A stretch of DNA of 54,598 nucleotides from Octopus bimaculoides (lineage: Eukaryota), in contig NC_068990.1 in NCBI RefSeq assembly GCF_001194135.2, forward strand, positions 7,182,597-7,237,194, given 5' to 3'. Of the stretch, positions 26,201 through 39,109 are shown piece after piece. The position numbers were made by a program, and so were the translations under genes. The first letter of the stretch is position 1. Every line of letters starts with the position of its first letter. The notes under the pieces are model-generated. The model was not told the DNA's origin, made no database searches, and was given only the letters and a program-made list of their open reading frames with translations.

Positions 26201-27122
26201 CTTTGTTGGAGTGGGCTAGTCTAGTACTCCCAGCCCACTTGTCTCTCCTCCTCTCATCATCCTCACTTCTACCCAGCACCCCCCGACCAGACCCAACGCT
26301 AACCAATATGTCCAATTCTTCCCCACTAGAACACTGACCCTCATGAATCTCTTTCTTGCTCATGTCTTACTTGCAAGAGTGAAATTGTAATAGTTTAAAC
26401 ATTAATGGTATTTCTCTTGCCAGGCACAACCCTTTCTTCCAGACCTAGCAAGCAAAAGACAAAAACAGTGTTGCTTGGGGAATCTGTACATCCCTGTGAT
26501 TGGCTAAGTGAACTATACTAGTTAGTATAGTATACTAACTAGTTTGTATAAATGAGCATGCGCAGAGCAGTCTGAGAAGAGTGTCGTATGTGCAGTCATA
26601 GTGTACAGGTTGTAAGAATTATTGAATAGAGATATCATGGCTTGCTTGTTGAAGATACACAGTTGGAGAGTAATAAGAGAACATTGGGAATGTTGATATT
26701 ATAGCTGTTCAGATAAAACAGTGATGATGAGAAGTCGTACATTATATTAAAAAGAAAAGAAAAAAATATTTGTGGCAGTTCTATTGTTAACTTAAGGATG
26801 ACCAGAGGCCAATTCATCATTTTGCTGTCTTTATGCAAAAATACATGTAGAGAAAAGTTGGTCATTTAGATAAATGACTGGATATTCTCATGACTATATA
26901 AGTTTTGAAGATTGTCATCACAATACTTACTATCCTCAAGATTGGAAACAATGGAACATATATCAAATCTTTCTTCTACTCATGAAGTTGCTAATGGAAT
27001 CATCATCATCATCATAGAATTTATGTGTCCTCTGCTTTTAACAATTTATAACAATGAATTCTATAACATTTTACATGTCCTTGATATTTGCACCAAATAT
27101 ATAGCATCAGCTGTACCTTTAA

Positions 27123-27335
27123 CCCTTCAGCTTTCACATTATTCTGTCAAAAGTAATGTTTATTCATTTATATTATTGGGAATTACTTATGCATTATTTT
27201 GTAGCTTTGAGGTTTTCATGAGGTAACTGTTAATTTTTAAAATAATATTGTAGGATTCATGTAAGATCTGGCCAGATTGAATGTGAAACAGGTAGAATAT
27301 TTTGGCCGGATGTGGTCAGTTTAAATGCTAAAGGG
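27123..27335. mobile_element. piggyBac-type MITE, copy 1 (213 bp)
   Basis: TTAA|CCCTTCAGC ... GCTAAAGGG|TTAA; internal similarity to 32532-32749. Confidence 0.82.
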
Positions 27336-27578
27336 TTAAAGCAGTTAGAATGAATATGAAGTTATTCATTACTTAAACGAGTAGCTACACTACAAAATGG
27401 GACTATTTTTTGCTTAACAGCACTGGGTTGAATTGTTCACTTTCGTGGCTTTATTTATCTTACCAAAAGTATCTTAACATCTGTTAGATAATGTTTATCA
27501 GATGTTAAATGTATGGAAAATATCAATTTACAATAAGTGTACTTATCATAACTGATAAATTGTTTATCTTGTCTGCAG

Positions 27579-27803
27579 GTTGGCCTGTTAGGCTTACAGA
27601 TAATGTGGACCAGAGATTCTGAAGAGGCCCTCAGTCGAGCTCGAGTTGATAAGAAAATTATGGGATCAGTCAACGACAAATTTGGAGAAATCCTTAATGA
27701 GTTAATCAATGTAACAATGCAAGAGCTCAGCAAAGTAGACCGTACCAAATTTGAGACTCTTGTTACTATACATGTGCATCAAAAAGACATTTTTGAGGAC
27801 TTG
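27579..27803 (+). CDS. DNAH5: Dynein heavy chain exon: [18 protein letters not shown]...[19 protein letters not shown]
   Basis: ctgcag|GTT acceptor and TTG|gtaatg donor; 225 nt; VGLLG.Q..WTRDSE and TIHVHQ.DIF motifs. Confidence 0.95.
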
Positions 27804-28039
27804 GTAATGTTTTAAATAATTATATTCTAAACATATTTGAAAATATAAATCTATGCTTTGTTATTATTATTGCTAAACTTTTGACTATATAAATTTAAAG
27901 GGATTTGAATAAAAAGCAGACATAATTAATAGTAAAACCCACAGCTATGTGGTTATAAAGTCAAGTTTGTAACGATGCAACCATGCCAGTGCATACCTGC
28001 CATATATATATATATGTATGTATGTATATATATATATGT

Positions 28040-28210
28040 TCAGCCATGTGAGAACAAAAGAACTGAAGTATTTCGGATTGCAAGATAGTGTGTAAGAGAA
28101 AATTGTGATGAAAAGAAATGTGTCCGCATGGATGATGGTGCACTTGCATTTAATGATTCTGCAAAGATAGAGGTTTGGAAATGCCACTATGAAAGAATTC
28201 TGAATGTTGA
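28040..28210 (+). mobile_element. RTE LINE ORF2 linker fragment (same family as the other RTE pieces)
   Basis: TEVFRIAR.CVRENCD, KCVRMDDGALAFNDSAKIEVWKCHYERILNV. Confidence 0.65.
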
Positions 28211-28479
28211 TGTGTTCCAAAATGTCTTTGAATATTCTTGTATTTTACATAAATGTATTATGTCTAGAAGCAATGCCAAAGGATAATGGTAATGCAAAAG
28301 ACACCAAGGTTCAGTTAAGCAACTGGCTGAGGTCAGTTGATAAAAGCTAGTCACTTGAAAAGTTCAGAGTATGGTACATCATACACAGACAGCAGTGGTC
28401 ATTCTTGCCTTTGATTATGCCATAATTCAGGTGGAGGCAATTGAGAGGTTGTGCAGTAAATTTCCCCCAAATTTCAGTT

Positions 28480-28860
28480 CAGCCATTTTGTAGAGCAAAA
28501 AATCTAAGCTCTGCCTATCAATTTCATCAGTGATAGAGGAATTCAAAGTCACCAGCAAAAGAGCTATCAGCACACTGTGTCTATCTGAGAATGAGAAAGT
28601 CAGGCATGCCAACAAGACCATAAGGTGTAGCATAAGTTGGAAAACCCAGGAAGCTGTGAACACAGCAGAAATTCATCAAGAAATTGTTTGGATAGTTTGT
28701 CAAGGTTGGCTAGGCCTAGACAACTACAGTACCAAGAGGTGGAAAAGAAACCAGTGCCAGAACAAGTGAGAGTGCTCATAATGCAAAAGAGCCACAGTTC
28801 AACAAGGGAGATTGTCATGTGAAGGCAGTAGGGTTTCCCTACCAGGGACAGTTGATACAG
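28480..28860 (+). mobile_element. HERO/NeSL-like (R2-superfamily) non-LTR fragment
   Basis: LCLSISSVIEEFKVT...WKTQEAV...VCQGWLGL and VQQG.. resemble the post-RT LPISS..EEFK...W....AV...VQQGR.GLG region. Confidence 0.55.
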
Positions 28861-29024
28861 TAGGATATACATATTCCAAGGTTTGACGAGTTCAAAAAAG
28901 GCTCTGTCCAGCCAATTAGAATAAAGTATTCAAAGACAGGTGTGAGAGTGAATAAAGTATATTTCGTCAGACTAACATTAATGGATTACACGCACATTCA
29001 TATGTATGCACTTCTGTATTCCAG

Positions 29025-29197
29025 GTACGCATGCATATTAGGTCAGTTAATGACTTTGAATGGTTGAAGCAGTCCCGATTTAGCTTCAAAGAAGACATAG
29101 ATCAGTGTATAATTTCTATCACAGATGTCAATTTCACTTATATGAATGAATTTCTTGGATGTACTGATCGTCTGGTCATCACCCCTCTTACTGACAG
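29025..29197 (+). CDS. DNAH5: Dynein heavy chain exon: [21 protein letters not shown]...[19 protein letters not shown](R)
   Basis: ttccag|GTA acceptor and AG|gtaaca donor; 173 nt; DFEWLKQ.RF and [17 protein letters not shown] motifs. Not in the ORF track because it has no upstream start. Confidence 0.95.
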
Positions 29198-30495
29198 GTA
29201 ACAAACTTAAACTATTGAATTCTCATGTTGACTCACTGATATTGTAATAATTACTTTTCTTATCAAGAAAAGCTTTGATCAAAGACATTCTAGCCATGAC
29301 CATCCTATCGTTTTCTATGACTATGATGTGTTTTTTTTATAGTGTATCATTACTTTTTATAAAACAGCTGTGTGAGTTGAAGAAGACTTTGGCTGCTATT
29401 TTTAGTGAACTGCAGAACCATGTAAAGGATTCTTCATTGTCTTATGTAGTAGATTGTTGTGCAGGGGTTGTATGTTTGTGGAAAGTGTAACTTGGCTTCA
29501 GACCAATGACTGAAACAAGTAAAAGATACAAGAAAAGATGTCATATACTTCTCGTGCTAGCCATTATCTGTCCTTTTGTCCCCCTCCCCCTTTCTCTTCA
29601 CATCTTATCCTCTACATCCTTCCTTCACTTCTTTGAGTTTTTCATCTGCACTTTTGCAACTGTTTTCTTTCTTATTGTAAAAGAAAAAAAATGCTTGAAA
29701 CATCTGTTTTTATTCTGATTTTTTTTCATTCCTCCAGGCAAATCAACTCAATAGAATTTGTTTTCTTTTCCAAACATTTATGGTAGAGACATTACCATTA
29801 TTTGGGAACATCATTTTCCTGAATTGAAATTTATCATAGGGCAGATTTACCTATCACCATTTTAGGATTAATACTAGTTAATATATTAAGACTAATTCCT
29901 TTGACAAATATTTTCTCTCTTGTAAAAACTTTTGCCTTGTTCATTGTATTAACATAGGAAATGTCTGTTTATCAAACAGATTACTGCTGTTTGTGTTATT
30001 TACAAACTTCAACATTACTGCAAGGCTTTTGTATACTGCATCACATTATACTTTTGCCTATGCCATACACCTCTATGCTATTTTCATCATCACACTCTGT
30101 CCTTTCTCCTTCTTTCTCCACATCTACTCCTGTATGTCCCTCCTTTTCTTTTATTAATTTCTTACCAACACTTTTGAAACTATATTCTTTCTCTTTGATA
30201 CAAAACAAGTGTCTGAAACATTCTGGATTTTTCTTTTTCCCTTCAAGGTGAAATCAACTCAGTAAAATATTTTTTTCTATCTCCAAAATTTCATGGTAGA
30301 GATATTACCATAGTTATTTTGGTATGTCATTCTTCTGAATAGCATAGTACATTTTTAGTGGGAAAGAATTAACAAGGCAAAAAAAAAAAAAAACAACATC
30401 AAAATGAAATATTTTTTATACATTTCTTGCTGCAAGTCAATATAGAAACAATTAGTAAATATTTTTTTCTGAGTTAGACTAGTATTTTTCAGTAA

Positions 30496-30777
<282 letters not shown>

Positions 30778-31004
30778 TAAGAATATTATTTCAGTTGTTA
30801 AAATTTGCTTCACTTTGTATTTTTAATTCCAGGAAATAATTCTCTAAGTTGTTACAGAGGAGAATAATTTGAAATAAATGATTACTATCGGAGACAAAAT
30901 ATTGAAAAAAAGCCCATTAGGTTAATCTTAAACTGTATTTAATATTTTTTTTATAGTTCAGAAAATGCCTAGAAATTATATATTTTAACTATATATAAAA
31001 CTCT

Positions 31005-31217
31005 ATGTATTCTTTTCTACTCTTGGCACAAAGCCCGAAATTTTTGGGGAGGGGGCCAGTCGATTAGATCTACCCCAGTACACAACTGGTATTTAATTTA
31101 TCGACCCCAAAAGGATGAAAGGCAAAGTTGACCTCGGCGGAATTTGAATGTAAAGACAGATGAAATACCACTCAGCATTTCGCCCGGTGTGCTAATAATT
31201 CTGCCAGCTCACTGCCT
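31005..31217 (-). mobile_element. tRNA-derived SINE family B with Nin/Deu-like core; other copies at about 50399-50608 (-), 51896-52075 (+) and a degenerate one at 6300-6440 (-)
   Basis: Minus strand: GGCAGTGAGCTGGCAGAA head ...ttcaaattccgccgaggtcaactttgcctttcatccttttggggtcgataaattaaatacc. Confidence 0.85.
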
Positions 31218-31574
31218 TTATAAAACACATGTATTGAACATTGTTGAAGGTGTAACTATGTTAAAATTCCTGCTTGAGAAATGAACTTGTAACTGTTGGT
31301 GTTGCTGTGGAGAATATTCTTTCTATTGACATAAAATGAAACATCCAGCAGCATTCTAGTTTTCATTATCAATGAAAATATATTTTGATAACGACAGGTC
31401 TATTAGACCTGTCAGTACTGAGCTAGATTTGTCTTTCTTTGAAACATAAAGTTTTGTGGAGTGTTAGTATATCCCACTGAAGAAAATATATTTCCAGCAT
31501 GTCACATTCTGTTTTTATATTTCTTTAAGTTAATTCAATGAGAATTTAATTACAGTTTGTTTATTGCTTTGCAG

Positions 31575-31762
31575 GTTTGTCACAGTCTGGCTCATGGGGC
31601 TGTTTTGATGAGTTCAACAGAATTGAGTTACCTGTACTGTCTGTTGCTGCTCAACAAATCGCTATTGTCCTTACATGCAAGAAAGAAAGAAAGCCAACTT
31701 TTATCTTTACTGATGGAACTACTGTTGATATGGATCCAGAATTTGGGCTTTTTATCACCATG
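31575..31762 (+). CDS. DNAH5: Dynein heavy chain exon with AAA1 Walker B: (G)[27 protein letters not shown]...[11 protein letters not shown]
   Basis: ttgcag|GT acceptor and ATG|gtaaat donor; 188 nt; [10 protein letters not shown] motif. Confidence 0.97.
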
Positions 31763-31882
31763 GTAAATTTTACTGTTATATTGTATTTCTGATAGAAAAT
31801 ACATTACATGTATACTTAGGTCGATTCTGCATTTTTTAGGTCATTGAATTTAAGGTTAACTATAATTTATTCTTGCCTGGTG

Positions 31883-31984
31883 TGGAGGCGCAATGGCCCA
31901 ATGGTTAGGGCAGCAGACTCGCAGTCATAGGATCGCGGTTTCGATTCCCAGACCGGGCGTTGTGAGTGTTTATTGAGCGAAAAC
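31883..31984 (+). mobile_element. 3'-truncated tRNA(Arg)-like SINE head (family C)
   Basis: GGAGGCGCAATGGCCCAATGGTTAGGGCAGCAGACTCGCAG...GGTTTCGATTCCC; reverse complement of 32289-32390. Confidence 0.85.
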
Positions 31985-32007
31985 TTGCTTTTTTAGCAGA
32001 TCGTATT

Positions 32008-32389
32008 GTGTGTTGGCACTCCATCGCTTACGACATCGAGGGTTCCAGTTGATATGATCAACGTAACAGCCTGCTCGTGAAATTAACGTGCAAGTGGCTG
32101 AGCACTCCACAGACACGTGTACCCTTAACGTAGTTCTCGGGGATATTCAGCGTGACACAGTGTGACAAGGCTGGCCCTTTGAATTACAGGCACAGCAGAA
32201 ACAAAAGTAAGAGTGAGAGAAAGTTGTGGTGGAAGAGTACAGCAGGGTTTTCCACCATCCCCTGCCGGAGCCTTGTGGAGCTTTAGGTGTTTTCGCTCAA
32301 TAAACACTCACAATGCCCGGTCTGGGAATCAAAACGGCGATCCTATGACCGCGAGTCTGCTGCCCTAACCACTGGGCCATTACGCCTCC
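32008..32389 (-). mobile_element. Full-length SINE family C with 13-bp TSD
   Basis: AGCAGATCGTATT at 31995-32007 and 32390-32402 flanks it; tRNA-like head at the 32389 end; many CpGs intact, so probably young. Confidence 0.9.
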
Positions 32390-32531
32390 AGCAGATCGTA
32401 TTAACTAAAAGTTTAAAAATGCTTGTGGTGTATGTGTACATATGTGTGCGTATTGTGAGGAGAGAGAGAACATTTCTTTTACTCATTGATTCAAACACAC
32501 TTCCAATGGAATATTTGTTAGAAGTCTTTAA

Positions 32532-32749
32532 CCCTTTAGCATTCAGATTACTCTGTCAAATATAATGCTTATTTATTCACATTATTTTGTATTGGTCATA
32601 CATTTTCTTGTAGCATTGAGGTTTCGCTAATGTAATTAATGTTTAGAATGATAAATGCTGGGTAGGTGTGAGAGGTCAGATCTGACCAGCTTGAACATGA
32701 AACAAGTAGAATATTTGGGATGGATATGGCTGGATTAAATGCCAAAGGG
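32532..32749. mobile_element. piggyBac-type MITE, copy 2 (218 bp)
   Basis: TTAA|CCCTTTAGCATT ... AATGCCAAAGGG|TTAA. Confidence 0.85.
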
Positions 32750-33479
32750 TTAATTACTATATCCAGTTCATAATGTCCCTGAAGCTTCTTGTCTTGTTCA
32801 CAGTATCCCCCCAAAAGGGAGATTCCATTTTGTGTGTTTTCAAGAATAAAGAAGAAAATTTAAGAATTTATTTAGCTTTTCTTATTATTTCTGTAAAGGA
32901 AGTCAAGATGGTTGTACACTATTAACAATGCTTTGTTTTATGAAGCTCAGCCACTCTCGAAAGTTATTTCATATCCTTAACAAATTACAGTTTGTCAATT
33001 CAATTGCTTTTTTTTTGTTTTGTTTTTTGTTTTTCAGTTTTTTTTTTTGAAGTAAAAGGAAAAGATACTTCTTATATTTCTAGTGTCTTGTATCTATATT
33101 TATATCTTCTAACAAATAAGTAATAAAACATCTATAAGAACAAATTTTCAGATTGTGCTACTAAATGTTGTCACGTTGCTTATGTTTCATATATTCAGCA
33201 TTATTTATGAACATCATAAACTGCCATTTAAGTTCCCAACCACAAACTGTTATAGCATATATCTATCTCTGTGTTGAAAACAACACAAGCTTAAATTACG
33301 AAGATTAAATGAATGTTAAGTTTGAAATATGTACAGTTAATGCAAGAATATTTTTGCAAGTGATTAAAACATTTTTCTTTCTTTATATTCTCATTCACAT
33401 AAATTGTTATGTTGCTAAAAGCATTTTACATCATGCTGGACTTTTAATCACTTTCTGCAAATCCATTTGGTGGTAATGT

Positions 33480-34130
33480 AATTTGTGTGAATATTTGTAA
33501 AGTTTTTATTACATCTTTTCGCCAACCTCAGCATTCTAGCTATGTGTATAGCATAATGCTTGTATTTGCGAAGGAAATCTTTGTGTGGAACAGTGACGGT
33601 TCCTTCTTAAACCATTAAAATAAACTTGTGTTATCTGTTATAGATATCGACAACGAAGCATTTTTGTGGTTATTGTTTTGACCTCCACTTACATAATTTG
33701 TTATTCATATAGCAAGAGAAGCCATTTATTGTCAACTGTGGCAACCATTATCTAAAATTCTTCTGCCTATTTCCAACCCTAAACAATAATATAACAAAAT
33801 TGATTTATTACTTCCATTCATCCATATAATCACATCGCTCTATACTCTTTAGTTGATGGTTTTTACATTCTGTTAGCAATTCCAATTCATCTCATTCATA
33901 TAAATGACACATGAATCTGCCAAAAGTTTGCCCCTCTTGTACAACAGTTAATGCACCCATTATGAAATGTTATCTTTCATATCCTTCTTGAATGCAGAGC
34001 CGTCTAGACCCTTTCGTTGATGATGCTAATTTTTTATCACCAGTAATGAGAGTACATCATTAATATCTGGTCTTAAACTCTTGTGTGATTGACTCAAAAA
34101 GTAAACTAAGGAAAAAGGCTAAGGCTATAA
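33480..34130 (-). mobile_element. Possible degenerate hAT transposase remnant
   Basis: ..GQTFGRFMCHLYE resembles RWLSRG..L.RF, followed by a ..MN..N.K..GQN-like stretch; many stop codons. Confidence 0.3.
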
Positions 34131-34245
34131 TAAACTTTTGATTGGATTCACTAACCAGTGTTAACTTTAATTTCAACATCAACAGCTTTCTTATGTATTA
34201 TATACAATTTTTGTTTTGTTTTTTCATTTTTATTTATTCTTTTAT

Positions 34246-34662
34246 TCTTTTATTTGTTTGTCATTTGACTGTGGCCATGCTGGAGCACCACCTTGAAGGG
34301 TTTCTTAGTTGAACAAATTGACCCCCAGGACTTATTTGTTTTGAAAGCTTAGTACTTATCTGTGGGTCTCTTTTGCCAAAGTGCTAAGTTATGGGGAAGT
34401 AAACACACCAACTCTGGTTGTCTGGCAGTGATGGGGGAGGGGGAAAAACACAGACACACACACATAGATATATCCATGTGTATATACATATATATGTGTG
34501 TGTGTGTGTTTCTTTCAGTTTCTGTCTACCAAATCTACTCACACAAGGCTTTGGTTGGCCTGAGGCTATAGCAGAAGACAGTTGCCCAAGGTGCAACACA
34601 GTAGGACTGAACATAGAACCATGTTGTTGGGAAGCAAGCTTTTCACAACACAGCCACACGCA
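34246..34662 (-). mobile_element. SINE family A copy; further copies at about 37365-37737 (-), 38693-39107 (-), 49822-50217 (+), 53428-53598 (-, runs into gap) and 54385-54598 (+)
   Basis: Shared blocks catttgactgtggccatgctggagcacc, gctaagtta, cagtttctgtctaccaaat, gaggctatagtagaagacacttgcccaaggtg, with a variable internal SSR. Confidence 0.85.
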
Positions 34663-37531
34663 TACATGGCTGTGTGGTAATAATTAGTAGTTTACATTAG
34701 TTTTTCTTATTTCAATACCAATAATTGTAAAAATTTTCATTGAAAGTTAACTACAAATGTTTGCAACAACTTCTGAAAAAAACGTTCTCTTCCAAATAAC
34801 TGTAACGATAACATTTTTACTGCTTATTTGTTATACTAAATAGCTGAAAATCTGTAAAATATGTTGGTCACACCTTTTGGCAAAAGGTGTAGTTTTTAAT
34901 ATTTATATTATCCTGCAGAGGTGATAAGCCAATCTTACTTCAAAGCTGACTTTTTATTGAAAGAGAAGTAAATAAAAATTCACCTTTACGACTTTGGTTA
35001 TATTCATAGAGTGGACAAATAAAACTGTGCCTATTGCTTGTTGTATTTTAACAGACATTTGCCCATAAAATATGTAACATTTTACTGATGTTTGGTCACT
35101 TAATGTCACATTTAATTCTTCATAAATCTGATTTATGATCTTAGTTCCTTTTAACTTAGTATTAATACCGAAAATTGTGAGACATTACTTTCTAAGAAAA
35201 GACAACTGACAGAATTATTTACATACATGTTAAATTATTTTAATTATAAAAACAAACACACAAGTACACATAATTTTAAATGTACTTGTTTGATTAGTGA
35301 TAATTGTGTTTATCTACAATCTGTCCATTCTATTTTTAATAGAATTTATTTTATAGTGTTAGTGTAAAATGTCACATCTTAGATTTATATTATACCATTA
35401 CTGTATATTGTTTTCTTTGCTTTATTGTATTTTATTGTTGTACTGATTTACTAATGATATCATAATATCATGAATGTAATAAGTATATATGTATAGCATA
35501 AATATATTTAATTAAATATAGTATTAGGCTTTAAATAAATTTTTTGTGTATGTCACAGTTGAACAAATCATTGGAATTCTGGTTTATTTAGTTCTTGCAG
35601 ATTATATCAGACGTATTGCTTGATATACCTAGCAAGGATATTTAACTTTTAATAACATTGTTCATCAAACTTTAAATAATTTAGGTATTGTATTGAAAAG
35701 TGATTTTGTTATATCTTGTTCAAAGGTTTTGAGAAATGATGGGAAATTATTCATTCAGTAATATCTCAACCCTCCAAAATATATTTATTATATATACATT
35801 ATGTGTGTGTGTATGTGTACATGTGTGTGTGTGTGTGCCTATACACAATCTAAAACTATATATGTACATATTTTGAAGTGTTATCCACCGTAAAGAGGAA
35901 GGGAGAGGAATAAGGATTGGAAATATGTATAATGAGAAATGAAATTGATAGGTTATTTATCAGAGAATATTATCAAAAACAAATCATTGTAAATTATTAT
36001 TTCCTACCTCAGTGAATAATAAAATGTATTGGACTGTTTTTATTAAGTGTTCAAGTGAAGACAAATAGTTACTTATTCAGAAGTTATTATGAAATATAAA
36101 CATATTTAGAAACATTAGAAGATTAATAAGAGATCAATGAATAAGAATAAAAATGAGGTAACAAAATTAAAGGTGCTCACATTTAATTACATGGTTATAA
36201 TCCTCATGCACACTAGTGCACTCCTTGGGATACTTCACAATATAACCTTTTAAATAACTATGGTGACATTGTCACAGAACCAGACCATTTTGCTGATCCA
36301 TTAGCGTAAATTTATCTTTATATCGATAGGTATCATGTAGGGACAGCTAGAAATTTTATATGACTGTGAGCTCTCTTAACTTCTGTCTCTTCTTTCTACC
36401 TCTTGTAAGTTGTTTTCTTTAATCATAAGTATAGCTAAACATCATGGATGATGTCATATTATCTATCATTAATTAGATGTTAATTATTCTATCACATATC
36501 ATGACTGCCTCAATTACTCCTTCTATCCATTTTTTCTGCTGAAGATACACTTGCTAATTGCATTAAAAAAAATTGGACCCCTGTGTTATTAGTGTGTAAG
36601 GAATCTGGCTGAAAAGCACTTCTCATTTCTTGCATTCAACTCATATCCACTTACCTTCACTTTTGTATTTTAATTATCTCAATTATCCCACTATATTTAA
36701 CTTTCACTGGCAAAGACAAAACTACTGCTATTCCTAATAGTGAAATGGCTTATGAAGAATTGATAGCTGTTCACACTTCTCAAGTTGTGCACTGAGCTAA
36801 AATAGCAGGTGTCAGTCATGTTGATACTGTATGTGATAAAAAGTAATCAAGCATGCTTGATTGGAATGAACTTGGTTTACTTTTTTTCGAACTTTAAAGT
36901 GCAATGTTTACCGGCTAATTAAAAATGCTGCTTGATATTCCATTAGTTGATACTTTATAAGACGATGCTTAATGCACACAGATACACGAAGCAATCTATG
37001 AAGCAGCTCCTGCCTCAATGAGGACTTCCCAAGCACAAGCAAACCGACTGGTTTAATTAATCTTTTCTCAATGGGAGGAAACATGGCAAGCTATGAGTCT
37101 GCTTAAAGATGCAAATATTGTGCTACATAAGGAACTGAGGTATCCTAAATACTGATGATGAGACGATGATGAGGCAGATGAAATTAAAAGTCAGTCTGAT
37201 TCACACAGTGTGGCTGGAACAGTTTAGCCAGGCCCTCAACAATTTGTCATGAGGACCTGAAATGTATTCCATTCAATTTGAAAGATATCAGTTTGGATTT
37301 ATTGCTGAATATTGGGGAGATGGTATCTGACAACTGTGAGACATCAGGAAAGCTCCCAGGACATTTTTTAAAGCCTAGTACTTATTCTATGGGTCTCTTT
37401 TGCCAAACTGCTAAGTTACGAGGACATAAACACACCGGCATTGGTTGTCAAGTGGTGATGGGGGACAAGCAGAGACACAAAGATACACACACATGGATAT
37501 ATGTATAAATATATATATATACATATATATG

Positions 37532-37629
<98 letters not shown>

Positions 37630-38310
37630 CATATATACAATGGGCTTCTTCCAGTTTCTGTCTACCAAATCTACTTACAAGGCTTTGGTTGGCCTGAGGC
37701 TATAGTTGAAACACTTGCCCAAGGTACCATGCAGTGGTAGAAGTAACATTAAGTAAGCCAGGTTGCCTCAAAGCAATGGTGGACTTAATGGATAAGTGTG
37801 TGTGTTTTGAAACACCATCACTAGAAACATTAGAAGCAGTAGACTTGTAGAGAGAGAGACGGCTCTTTTCTTCTCTGTTATATACAACTATTATAGCATT
37901 TATGCACTTTTGCCAATGTGTTATATTTGCACTACACCTATTGCATTATTTGTTTCCCTTTGTAAATTGTAATAAAAAAACTCTAATGGTTTTCTTTAGT
38001 TATGTCTTATAATACCACATTGTATTTCATGTCTATTGAGACACATTAACTATTCGGAAAAGTTGTAATTCAAATTTATTATGTAGTTTTTCGTGTAACC
38101 GCTAACCATTAATTAATTCTGAATACTCAGGAAATAAAGGATTTTACTTTATTTCTGGTCTATTTTCTGATTTATTATTGAAAAGATTGATGTGTGTTTG
38201 TTAATCAGATGCTTTGTTCATGATTGAGATGAATATTATCTTATGAATGCAATTTTATTACTTCCTTTACAGTAGGCAACAGTCATATATAATTCTAATT
38301 TTCTCCTTAG

Positions 38311-38505
38311 AATCCTGGGTATGCAGGACGCCAAGAGTTGCCTGAGAACTTAAAAATCAATTTCCGTACTGTTGCAATGATGGTTCCAGATCGTGGAATA
38401 ATAATGAGAGTAAAAATGGCAAGCTGTGGTTTCCAGCAGAATATTCTACTCGCTCAAAAGTTTTTCACCTTATACAAACTTTGTGAAGAACAGCTTACGA
38501 AGCAG
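38311..38505 (+). CDS. DNAH5: Dynein heavy chain exon: [27 protein letters not shown]...[16 protein letters not shown]
   Basis: ccttag|AAT acceptor and CAG|gtttgg donor; 195 nt; NPGYAGR.ELPENLK sensor-I/Arg-finger region. Confidence 0.96.
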
Positions 38506-38906
38506 GTTTGGTTTACTTTTCTTTATTCTCCTCATATAATCACTGTCATCGTTGTCACCATCATCCTCCCACCTCAATTCTTTCATAACCAACTATGCAT
38601 AAGCTGCGTTTGTTTAACAATTTGTAAGAAAATGCACATCTGTAGCTATACTTCGTTGGTATCTACTATAATAAACATTGGTGTGTCTTGATATTCTTTT
38701 ATTTGTTTTAGTAATTTGACTGCGGCCATGCTGGAGCACCACCTTTAGTTGAACAAATCAACCCTATGGCTTATTCTTTGTAATCCCAGTATTATACTAA
38801 TGATCTCTTTTGCTGAACCACTAAGTTACAAACCAACATCGGTTGTCAAGCGATAGTGGGGGTACAAATACAGACACATACACATGCACACACACACGCA
38901 TGCACA

Positions 38907-38947
<41 letters not shown>

Positions 38948-39109
38948 TGGGCATTTTTCAGTTTCCTTCTACCAAATCCACTCAGAAGGATTTGGTCGGC
39001 CTGAGGCTATAGTAGAAGACACTTGCCCAAGGTGCCATGCAGTGGGACTGAACCTGGAACTATATGGTTGGTAAGCAAGCCACTTACTACACAGCCACTC
39101 CTGTGCCTA

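Noticed and set aside
31883-31960. tRNA-Arg-like sequence
   Set aside because: It continues into SINE body sequence, matches the head of the adjacent full-length SINE, and has no proper acceptor stem; not a tRNA gene.
36880-37340. Possible non-LTR RT remnant (LY.DDA...QWEETW)
   Set aside because: Too decayed to support a call without a search.
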